A DNA stretch of 64,000 nucleotides from Rhizophagus irregularis (lineage: Eukaryota). The position numbers were made by a program, and so were the translations under genes. Under the pieces are notes generated by a model. The model was not told where the DNA came from and made no database searches. It saw only the letters and a list, made by a program, of their open reading frames with translations. Below are positions 53,537 through 64,000 of the stretch, in pieces (within the stretch, counting starts at the first letter, position 1; each line of letters opens with the position of its first letter). The DNA is taken from the NCBI RefSeq assembly GCF_026210795.1, contig NC_089430.1, positions 4,650,001 through 4,714,000 of the forward strand. The letters run 5' to 3'.

Positions 53537-56470
53537 GAATATCACATTTGTAATTATAATTGATGAATTTACAAGAACTGACCTTACAAAATAATTAACA
53601 AAAATTAATGAATTGTTAAATAAAGAAACCAATCCTAAAAAATCAGAAAAACTGGTAATCATCCAAAAGTACCAGAAATAGTTAGCGATCCCGATCATAC
53701 AAAAGATATGAAAATGAGCGATTCTGATACAAAAGATATGAAATGGAAGTAGCCAGCGATCTTGATTATACAAAAGATTTGAAAATAGAAGTAGACAGTG
53801 ATTCTGATCATACAAAAGAAGATGATCCTGATCCCACAGAAGTATCAACATCATCGGGAAATTTTTTAAGGGGATATATTATTGATGAAAATATCACATG
53901 ATATATATCAGACTTCATCGAGATATACCGATGTGGATAAATTGAAAATAATTATCAGTATCGTTAAATTACGACAATTATCTTATAGTTAAAAATAGTT
54001 AAATTATTTATTGTTAAATAGTGTAATGTAATTATGTTACTTCATTAAATAATGTTAAATTATTCATTTGTTAAATATCGTTAGATTAATTAGTTGTTTT
54101 ATTCAATAAAAATCAATTAATAAACACATTATTTAAATCTATACTAAAATTAATTACTCTGAAGATGTTTTTCCATTTCCAAAACTCCAATTCCTAATGA
54201 AATAAAAAAAAATTAGTTTAAGTTACGTCTTTCGAACTCAAACATCTGAAGACTACAAAAAAAAATAATAAACGTTAAATAACGTTTTAAATAAAAAAAA
54301 GTAAGTTTCGCGATGAAACTTACTTATCTCTAGTATCTGAACCCTAAAATCATGGAGCCTACAAAATAGAAGAATAAAACGTTAATGAACGTTTATATTA
54401 AAAAAAAAAAGAAATGGTAAATTTTGCAAAGAAACTTACCGTTTCTAATCTCAAGTGCCCCCTGATCGATACCTCTGGGACCTATAAAAAAATTATAAAA
54501 AAAAGAAACGTAAGTAAACGTTTCATTTAGAAAACAAAAAAAAAGGTGAGTTTCATAACAAAATTTACCCGTTTAAAACTCTAATGCTTATAATCATCTC
54601 TGAGTTACTCATATTTTGAATAACTTTTTGTAATAGTTACGTAATTTTGTGTATACCCACTGATTATTTTTTTCTATAAATAAACCACATTTTGGAATTT
54701 TTTTTCATAATATAACTCTCTTTTTTTAATAATATCTCTCTCGTTTTTTTTAAATATATCTTCCTCGTTTTTTTTATAATATCTCTCTCATTTTTTTTAT
54801 ATCTCTCATTTTTTTTTTATAATGTTCTTTTTTTATAATATCTCTGTTTTTTTTAAAATCTTATCCTGGTACTTTGGCTAGTTCAATTCTAGTCTAAGAT
54901 CTTGACAATCATTTTTTAATTTTTTTTTTTGAAAATATCAGGATTTTTTAGGATAATTATCACTTTCCAATAAGTGTGTTATCGTTCGGACGTTTTGATC
55001 ATGCATTAATTAATAACATCATAAATAAGTTTTATTTAACTTTCTGTAAATTTCATCTTTATGCTACTTTTAATCCACTTTATAAGCTTTATTTAAACTT
55101 TTCCTACAAAATATTCATTTACATCATATTTTTTTACTCCACTTTATTATATCAATCATGTGTTATTGTTATGACTAATAAAAATATCGGTCTATGAAAA
55201 TCTGCATGATCCTATTGGGCTGAAAGATAATTATAATTATCGTTAAAAATAGTTATTATATAAAATAAGCAGTATATATTAAGGATAGTTTGCACGAATT
55301 TCCTTAATTTTATATTAATATTTAGCAATAATTGTATTATAAAATTATGTATAAAAAATAACTTTCATGATTAATTTATCAACAATTATCATGATAATTA
55401 ATTATGATTATTAACAATATCGTTAATTAACATGATAATTAATTACGATAATTAATCAATATTGCAAATTGTCTGCATTTAACTTATTTAACTTATTGAT
55501 AATTATCAATATAATAAATTGTCTGCATTTAACAATTCGTTGATCATCGATTTAAGTGATAATTATCGATATCTATCCCCTAAAAAAATTTCCCGATGAT
55601 ATAATAAACTTATAAAGAATTGGAAAAGTTGAGGATTTTGTACAGGAATTAAAAGAACTTAAGAACTCCCAGAAGAAATATTAATGTCGATATTGAAAAA
55701 AGTAAATGAATTTACAAAAGATTCTTTAAAGAATAAAGCGCTTAAAGAAGAATATACAAAACTTAAGAGTTGAATTGGAAAAAGTTAACGAACTTACTGA
55801 AGAATTTAACAAATTTACAGGAAAGTTGAATGAAGTAAAAAATTAAAAGATAAAATGGAGTTGAAGATGACGTAGATAACGTTGGTGATATAAGAAAAAA
55901 AACAAGGAAAAAAATAAGAGTTGGTATAGTAAGGTTATAAAAGAGGAAAATGATCGCCAGTCAACACAAATAAAGGATATCAAAAGTTTTCAAAATGGTT
56001 AAAAGATTATAGAGATAATCAAATAACAGCATTAATATTCATTAAACTAGCAGGAATTAACATTACACATTTAGAATTGCTTGTTCAAAGATACAAATTT
56101 AAATTCCTAGTAGTAAATTAAATTTGCTTGGATTAAAGCGATCTCAAAGTTTTAATATTTATTTTTAATGCTAAATTATCTCATGCAGCGGAGCGTAAAA
56201 TTATGTGAGGAAAATTATTTAACGCTCTTATCGGAGATATTTCTTTAATCATTCTACAAGTATGTAATTAATTTTTATATTGATTTTTATCTTTTATAAA
56301 TCAAACATTAAAGACTTATTGAGTTTTTATATTACTCAAGTTGTGTCACCTAGTTACACACCTGTATACAACATTTCAAAAACTAGTATTGGTCTCTTTG
56401 GCAAATGATTTATTATAATTAAATATGTGCTTACTAAAAAACAGCAACAAGAGGTTACAACAAACACATT
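53537..56470 (+). pseudogene. 3' remnant of a paralog of the 46750-51392 membrane gene, interrupted by a TIR element
   Basis: 55990-56400 aligns with 50889-51300 (FSKWL.DY.DNQ..LAG...NAKLS, same last intron) with stops and frameshifts. 53537-53850 resembles the post-TM acidic region. Confidence 0.7.
53852..55598. mobile_element. 1.75-kb non-autonomous DNA transposon with CATCGGG...CCCGATG termini
   Basis: TIR catcgggaaattttttaaggggata versus reverse complement of the right end catcgggaaatttttttaggggata (1 mismatch). AT on both sides. Splits the membrane-gene pseudogene. Confidence 0.7.
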
Positions 56471-56750
56471 ATAATATGCGCCAATTTTTTAACAATATTT
56501 ATTTAGCAAAAATTTGATTTATTATTATTACTGTATTACTATTATTAATATTCTATCAATTTGAAATGATACTAAATTAATAAATAAAATTATACGGCGG
56601 CTTCTAAATATTTATTATTTTCACATGATAATTGATTTGTTTGTTAAAATGTTTTTAATTATTTGCAATTATTTATATATAAGTATGTACATGAAATAAA
56701 ATCTACCCAATATTATCATTTATCACAATCCTTATTGCTATTTTTTGTAA

Positions 56751-56830
56751 TAATTGAACGTACATTTAATTGAACGTACATTTAATTGAACGTACATTTA
56801 ATTGAACGTACATTTAATTGGACGTACATT
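56751..56830. repeat. 16-bp tandem repeat x5 (taattgaacgtacatt)
   Basis: Four identical units and one with a single substitution. Confidence 0.9.
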
Positions 56831-57483
56831 TATTCTTGAATCAATTTAAAAACTGTTTAAATTTGAAGGATTTTATAACATGTGTATTTATTAATTATTT
56901 AATTTATTCTTCATGCAAATTGTTTTTTTATTTTTATTGTTATTTCACAAAGAGAAATGATTTGTAAAAACTTCTACTTTTAACCTATACCAAATATCAC
57001 GTGATTTAATTATTAATTTCAGCCCGCACTATGATAAGTTCGGCCAGTATTTACAGTAGACTCTACGGTCGATTTTATCATCGCATCATTCGTAAAATAA
57101 TAATATATAAGAATAAAAATTCTTAGAACGTAATGGTGGTATAATATTCATATTTTTTTAGCTTTTAATTAATAGGGATTTAAAAGAAATTAAAAATTAT
57201 TATTAACTATCGTATTTTTATAACGGCACGTACATTTGATTTTTCTTTAATTAAAAAAAGGTACACACGCGTACTGTACAAAATATGCTTTATGTTATTT
57301 AATAATAAAATATAATCGGAATACCAAAAAAAATGTAATCCTACGTCCCTACCCAATTCTAAATTCAGTCATCAAACATTTCATCCCATTAAAAATTTGT
57401 CAATTATTTGTTTTGATACAAGTTTTTTTTTTATTAATAATTAATAAACAAATTATTATATATTATTATAATTGTATTCATTT

Positions 57484-57718
57484 TAGAGTTGGGTGCCGAA
57501 AATCTTTGCCGAAATCCCAAACGGTTGCCGAAATCCCAAACCTATTAACCGTATAGCAAAAGTATTTCAGTTCTTGGAATATAATAATTGTTTAAAATCC
57601 CAAATCCTAAACTGTTGCTGAAAATCCAAAACTGATGCCAAAATTCCAAATTATTACCGAAATTCAACTCTAAAAATTTGATATGGGATTTCGGCAAAGA
57701 ATTTCGGCATTAATTATT
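57484..57718. mobile_element. MITE-like insertion with gccgaaatcccaaa subterminal repeats
   Basis: tgccgaaaatctttgccgaaatccca near 57494 is inverted at ~57684-57709, and the element starts TAGAGTTG. The duplicate segment has the empty site (gcattcatttagactaat, 60041-60058). Confidence 0.6.
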
Positions 57719-57745
57719 TAGACTAAAATAATTACAAATTCTAAC

Positions 57746-57942
57746 GAACAATAAAAGAATTTCATTGAAAAATTCCGTAACTAAATAATTTAGTCTAGTG
57801 AACAATAAAAGAATTTCATTGAAAAATTCCGTAACTAAATAATTTAGTCTAGTGAACAATAAAAGAATTTCATTGAAAAATTCCATAACTAAATAATTAA
57901 GTCTAGTGAACAATAAAAGAATTTCATTGAAAAATTCCATAA
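57746..57942. repeat. 54-bp tandem repeat x~3.7
   Basis: Units start at 57746, 57800, 57854 and 57908. Single copy in the duplicate near 60075. Confidence 0.9.
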
Positions 57943-58044
57943 ATAATTAAGTAAATAACCAAATATTAAAACCAATAATAATTAAATAAAAAATATAATC
58001 ATGACTTACAATCATTTGATGCAATAAGCTGTTACTGTGTTACT

Positions 58045-58300
58045 GTGGTTAGATTCAATGTCGCACAAGATGATACGATCGACATGCATTGTGTAGTAGA
58101 CACAACTTCGTTTAATAATTCAAAAGTGGTTAGATTCAATATTGCACAAGATGATATGTAACTACGATCGACATACTGTGATACATTGTGTAGTAGACAC
58201 AACTTCGTTTAATAATTCAAAAGTGGTTAGATTCAATGTTGCACAAGATGATATGTAACTACGATCGACATACTGTGATACATTGTGTAGCAGACACAAC
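58045..58300. repeat. 81/97-bp tandem repeat x3
   Basis: gtggttagattcaat...gcacaagatgat...acgatcgacat...tgtgtagtagacacaac units start at 58045, 58126 and 58223. Confidence 0.85.
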
Positions 58301-60817
58301 CCATATTTAAAGGAAAAAATAATAAATAATAAATAATTCAAAATAAGGTTAGAGAAAATCGGAGTACGGACTTAGTATTATCATCAAAAGCCAAAAAAAA
58401 AACCAAAAAAAAAATGTAGAGAAGCTAAAGAATGTATACTTTTCTCCGTAAGCAAATTTATAAGCTCGAAATGCTTTGAGTGCACTAATTTTATGATAAA
58501 TGTGTTCTACACCATTCAGATGAATGGTATAGGTGAAATCTTTAGAAAATATTTAGGAAAATGATTAATGAATAAACATGGTAAAGAATTTTTTTTTTGT
58601 AATTAACCTCTAATTGTTGGTTTGATGAACTTGCCAGAAACCAAACCTGCGAGAAGCTTATTTTAAACCTAAATTAGTGTATGTACCCAATTGGATAAAG
58701 AAACAACTTAAATTGGTTAATACTTTTTTTTATGGCGCTTCTTCCCGTATCAATTATTCCAGATTATCAGAGTCATAAATCAAATAGTACAAAAATCTTC
58801 AAAATATGTATGTATTATACAAATTTACTTAAAGTATAAAAAACACAACATGTACATGCGAGGCGTCTATACATAGCGTCTTTTCACGCTGTTCTCATGA
58901 CATCCAAAAATCTATTGTTAGCTTATTTGAAAAGTACTTTTTGAAAAGTATATGTAAAATGAGTTTCACCAGTTTCAAATGCTGCTTCAGTTGGTATTTC
59001 AAAAAAAGGATGTAATGATAAAAGTAGTTCCCTAAATTATTACTACTTTCCTAAATATAAAATATTTCAATGAAAATATCATTTAAATACACGTAATTCA
59101 CGTTTTGTTTATTTTGATCATCCACTAGCATTGAATGCAAGTATTACTTTTGGTATTGTCTAATACTCTAGTTAGACCTCTTAATCCAAATATCTCACCT
59201 TTTCTTTGAGGTACCATTCTCAAATAGTTGCATCATTAGCATACATGCCAGTTGTAAGAACGATGAACTAATTTTCTTTGATCGATTTGAACAGAAAGTA
59301 TCACGTGATTGGACGATTTATTTAATTTTATACTAATTTTAGTCCCTAGATGAACCGGTCAACATCGGATCCAATGGGAACCTGAGACGAAAATTAGTAT
59401 AGCTTGCCGCGCTATTATAAGTTCGGCCAGCATTAATCTGATCTACTGTGAGAACGAAAACATACTTGTAAACTCGACTGCCGCCAAAACACCAAGTTTA
59501 TAATCGCGTCATCCGTCAAATAATAATATACTGTACAAGAATAAAATTCTTAGAATGCAATGGTGGTGTTTAGCTTTTAATTAATATTATAACACGCTCA
59601 TTAGGATTGTGCGGAATTCATTGTACCGATATGTTATCATGCCCGATATTTTTAATGATGATCGACAATATAATTATATTAGCCCTAATATCACGTATAA
59701 TAATATTGTTATTGAACGGGGCTATATCGGCCTTCGGCCGATATTTTGACGCCCCGTTCAATAACATACAAATAAATGATTTCATTTTTAGGAATAATTT
59801 AGCAAAAGGCTTATACAATATTAATTATCATATTTTTATGATGGCACTCTTTAATTAAAAAAATACGCGTAGAAAATGTGCTGTATGTTATATATAATAA
59901 TAATAATAATAATAAAGTCGAGTTTTTTTCCATTAACATTGGAATATCAAAAAAGAAATGCATACTAGACCCTACCCCAAATTGTTTTGATTTTTTTACT
60001 AATAATTTATTAATTATTATAGTGTATATTAATAATATTTGCATTCATTTAGACTAATACAATTACAAATTCTAGTGAACATTAAAAAATTTTATTGAAA
60101 ATTTCCATAAATAATTAAGTTAATAAAAAACCAATAATATTTAAATAATAAATTTTTTTAGTATAATCACAAAACAAAGAGCTGACTTTTAAATTAGAAC
60201 AAATAGATGACATGGCAAATGGAGTAAGCGGAAAGGCAAAAAATTCAACTCTTTTGAAATACCCCATTTGTTATTACGATCGACATGCAATGTATATTTT
60301 TAGTCGTACTTACTGTGATACATTTTAATAGTAGACACAGCATCGTTGAATAATTCAAAAGCGGTTTAGTTCAATGTTGCACAAGAAAAGATAGTAAATT
60401 TTTATTGGAATACGGACTTAGTATTGTCATCAGAAATCAAAAAAAAAAGTAACGAGGCTAAAGAATGTATACTTGCAACTTTTATAAGCTCAGTTTTTTA
60501 AAGAATAAAAGGATAAATGTTTTCTACAACATTCAGATGGATGGATGAATCTTTAGTGAATTTTTGAAAAAATAATTACATGGTAAAGAATTGTTTTTTT
60601 CGTCATCCTTGATTATTGGCTGCAATAGCGTGACATAAACTTTCAGATAATCAAATTTTACTTTCTTATTTTATTGTTTAATTTTAGCAATATAAAACAA
60701 TAATGATATACTGATATACTGGATGCAACGAATATAATCAAAAAAATGGATTTGTTAAACTTTTTTTGGAGTTATAATAAAATGCATGATTAACTAATAG
60801 ATACTTATAATTTGAAT

Positions 60818-63800
60818 CTGTTCATCAGTATGGTATGTCAGAGTCTCATTATGTTACTATTTAAGTTCGATAAATATATAAAATTGATTATGTTATTTCT
60901 TTAAAGAATGTACATACAGGTGATTTATTAATTAAAGTAATAATAAATGGAATATTCTTTAATAAAATTATTTTCATTAGGATTGACATTCAGATTTTGT
61001 TTTTGGAAAATTTCAATCCATGTAATCAAATTCACTGCATCGTTTATATAATGATTTTTGGAAGAAAAGGATATACTACGATCCCTTCCTTTTTAATTTT
61101 TATCATGCAGTTTCTATAATTAGATTTTGCTTTGTTGCATGAAATGTAATTGTGTAACCAAATGTAAATCTAACTTGATTTCCCCATTTTTTTTTTCAGT
61201 TTGTTAAACCTAAACCTAATTTCTCACAAATTTCTCACCAAAATATACACTTGCTAGGTTATAAGTAAGATATTTACCAGGTTATAAGAAGTTTTCAAGT
61301 TATGAAGTTTCATGGATTTTCTTTTTGTGCAAACGTTGTCTTAAAAGTTTACTTTTACTTAATAATATAGAGCTATACGGGACGGGTATTAATTAACAAT
61401 TTATTTTTTTTTATTTGTTTAAGTTTTATTGACATTTCACTTTAATAGTATTATGTATATTTAAATAGTTATAACTATGTATAGTCATGTTAGATTAAGA
61501 TAATTTTTTAGCATTGGGTCAAACTTTGTTTGTTCTTTTAGAAAATTACTTTTTTTTTCTTTTTTTTTTCGTTCGAAATTAATCACGTGATACAGTTATC
61601 GTGAAAATCTGAAATACGATTTCTTATTGAAATGTCGATCGCATGATCTCGCAATTTTACTGTTCATTGACTCATTGAAGTACTACTGTATCGATCGATC
61701 TTTTATTTGATCGAAAAATGATAAACATTCTTTAATTCTTTTAATATTTTACTACTAAAATTTACAGAGAGACACGAAAAAAATACATGGAATTTAAATT
61801 TTTTTTTTTTCAACATTCTTCAAAAAATATAAAAAAAAATCAATATTATCACTACTCGACAAACTTTATGGTGAGAAAAATTTCATTTTAGATAATAACC
61901 AGTCCAGAAAGAAAAATCTCGTGAGTGGTCTAAAAAAAGAAAAGAATTACTGATTGTATTTATAATGGAGTAAAGTACATACCCAAGCCGGAAATTGTTC
62001 TGATAATAAAAAAGAAAAAAAAAGTGTTAAATATCAACTTAAATTTATATTATTATTAACTACTAGGTAAACGGAAACCGTTGAATTTTATCGCTCAATT
62101 AAGAATCTGTATTTTATAGTATACAATATTTATAATATTTCACTTAAAATTATATAAATAACGAGAATTTTTTTAAAAATTATCTTTACTTTATTATTAA
62201 TTGAGACAAATTTCACAATTTATTGGCATCTAAAAGAAAACTAAATTATAATTTGTGTAGAATATTATTCTAGCTAATCATTTAACATAAAGTGAATAAA
62301 AAAGAAAAAATAAATTGTAAATTATAAAACTAATAAAAAATTGAAATAATATTTATAATATTATTTCGATATTCCAGAGTAACCAGAGCCTTCACCATCC
62401 TGAGTGGTCATTGCACCATTAGGAAGACGTTTCCTAAGTTTATTGCTATGACAATTACGTTTATTATGGTGAATTTTTTTGGTGAGAATACCATTGTCAT
62501 CACAGTCAATACTCATATTTGTAAACTTATGTCTGAAAGATTTGGTACCGCCACGACCATTTGGTTTTATATTCAATCCATCCGTGAGATCGAAAAGTGT
62601 ATTTTTGCACTCATCAATAATTTTCATTCCGTAAGACGCGTTTGTATCATCGAAACCTTTGTTAAAGATTCCTGCGACTTCAGTGTGACCATTTTCGTCT
62701 TGGGCAAAGAATACGTAACCTATAACCGGACCAGAATTGAAATCCGCGGCGGCGACAGAGCAACTGCATTGATGTCGTTTTTCAGGAGTATTAGATAACA
62801 GTTCATTACTACTTGGAAAAGCTGACGAAATAGTAACGAAAGATAAAAGAATAAAAAAGGTCAAAAACGTAAAGTATTTCATTGTCATATTTTTTTTTAA
62901 AAAAAAGGGAAAAATTAATTGTTTTCTCTTGATATTATTTCTGTTTATTATTCGAATATTGAATTCGATGAGGAATGGAAGAAGGGTAGAATCCACCCTT
63001 TTTATATTTCTCACAAGAAAGAATTTATATTAGTCGAATAATCAGTAATTTGATTAATTCTTTCTTTTGTTCTTGATCTAAAAATACATGTAAAAATTTA
63101 AAAATATAGAAATGTTACATAAATATGCTACATTGCATAAGTTATTGAAACTTTCTAATTTCTTCGATATTTTAATTAAAGTTCCTTGTCGGAGATTGTA
63201 TGAATCATAAAATTTTAACATTTTCGTCATTTGTAATAAGTTTATTAGTAAAATCTATATATAAATTTAACGCTAAAAAAAACAAAAATCATTATTGAAT
63301 ATGTTGTATGATTGTGTTTACATAAATCAGAAATGAGTTTATTCACGCACACATATTATTTTGCATGCATAAATAAAGTATAAAAAGTAAACAATTAAGG
63401 AAATAAACATCACCGAATGATAACATATAAATATTTTTATGGTACACGTGATAATTTCAGGAACGGAAAAACTTCGGAGGAAAAAAAAAGAGTTTTCATT
63501 GATTTGTTCAAAAGCCTAAAAGAAGTTAGATCCCATCTTATATATCTTATATATATAAGGAAAAAGAAAATGCAACGAATAAAAAAAGTAATGTTAAATG
63601 ATGCATAATGCACAGATTGACCCGAAAATGTCAATCATAATAATAAAATTGATTTTTATCTTTTTTATCTTAAAATGAACAATACATTATTACTTCAATT
63701 AATTTAATTAATAATTTTACTTGTACGTGTATCCTTAAAGTAGTAACACAATCAATTTCATTGATTCTTTATTTCCGGATTTGAGAAATTTTTGTGCCGT

Positions 63801-63845
63801 GAATATAAACATTTTTATCCATTATAATAAGTTTTACGATACACC
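60818..63845. repeat. Segmental duplication, copy B (paralog 42360-45948)
   Basis: Same collinear blocks as copy A, including the secreted gene and its upstream region. Confidence 0.8.
62361..62888 (-). CDS. Small secreted SOD-fold-like protein, copy 2
   Basis: Real start is likely MTMKYF (62888) or MKYF (62882) by homology with copy 1. Signal peptide, EKR pro-site, conserved CSC, DEC, FRHKF, DC..NGIL and KR-NCHSNKL-RKR. Confidence 0.75.
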   Translation of the reverse strand: MTMKYFTFLTFFILLSFVTISSAFPSSNELLSNTPEKRHQCSCSVAAADFNSGPVIGYVFFAQDENGHTEVAGIFNKGFDDTNASYGMKIIDECKNTLFDLTDGLNIKPNGRGGTKSFRHKFTNMSIDCDDNGILTKKIHHNKRNCHSNKLRKRLPNGAMTTQDGEGSGYSGISK

Positions 63846-64000
63846 GATAGTCACTACGTTACGTAAATTTCATTATATCATCAGTAGATAGAATTTATGA
63901 TTGCGATGAACAACGAAATTTGTTCGTTCATGAAAATACATGAGTGCATAATCATAAAATTCATATCACATTATTGATAATCACAAGAAAGAAATGATAA

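Larger units (their letters stand above)
57020..58600. repeat. Non-coding tandem segmental duplication (paralog ~59405-60600)
   Basis: Collinear matches: ataagttcggccag, aagaataaaattcttagaa..aatggtggt, cctaccc, tacggacttagtatt, gctaaagaatgtatact and catggtaaagaatt. Confidence 0.8.

Noticed and set aside
57710..58300. Repeats superficially like a CRISPR array, and the 76-aa repeat ORF at 57710-57940
   Set aside because: Units are contiguous tandem copies without unique spacers, there are no cas genes, and the context is eukaryotic. The ORF is a by-product of the 54-bp repeat.
58850..59270. Coding-like minus-strand tract with a possible intron
   Set aside because: Multiple stops in the frames examined and no recognisable domain.
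62889..63014. N-terminal extension of the 217-aa ORF
   Set aside because: Homologous to the 5' non-coding region of copy 1; the signal peptide begins at MTMKYF.

Overview
AT-rich, intron-rich eukaryotic DNA, most consistent with an arbuscular mycorrhizal fungus (Glomeromycotina, Rhizophagus-like). This assignment is inferred from short GT-AG introns and lineage-typical tyrosine-kinase-like (TKL) kinases, TRP-like channels and large secreted/membrane proteins. 1-10.6 kb is accessory: nested MITEs, a TRP-like channel, two decayed TKL kinases and a decayed Argonaute MID-PIWI fragment. 11.4-26.6 kb is a core block: LAMTOR1/Meh1, an RCC1-repeat protein, Gad8/Ypk1, mitochondrial HADH, Spa2 and a 12-exon, microexon-rich FKBP12 absent from the ORF track. 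28.8-64 kb is accessory again: a second TRP-like channel, TE relics, a divergent di-ubiquitin-like gene head-to-head with a minimal RBR E3 ligase, and an ~18-kb-offset duplication carrying SOD-fold-like secreted proteins beside a receptor-like membrane gene and its transposon-disrupted paralog. The most promising candidate system is the di-Ubl/RBR pair, followed by the FKBP12 microexon array and the SOD-like secreted family. All exon models were spliced by eye and no database searches were run.
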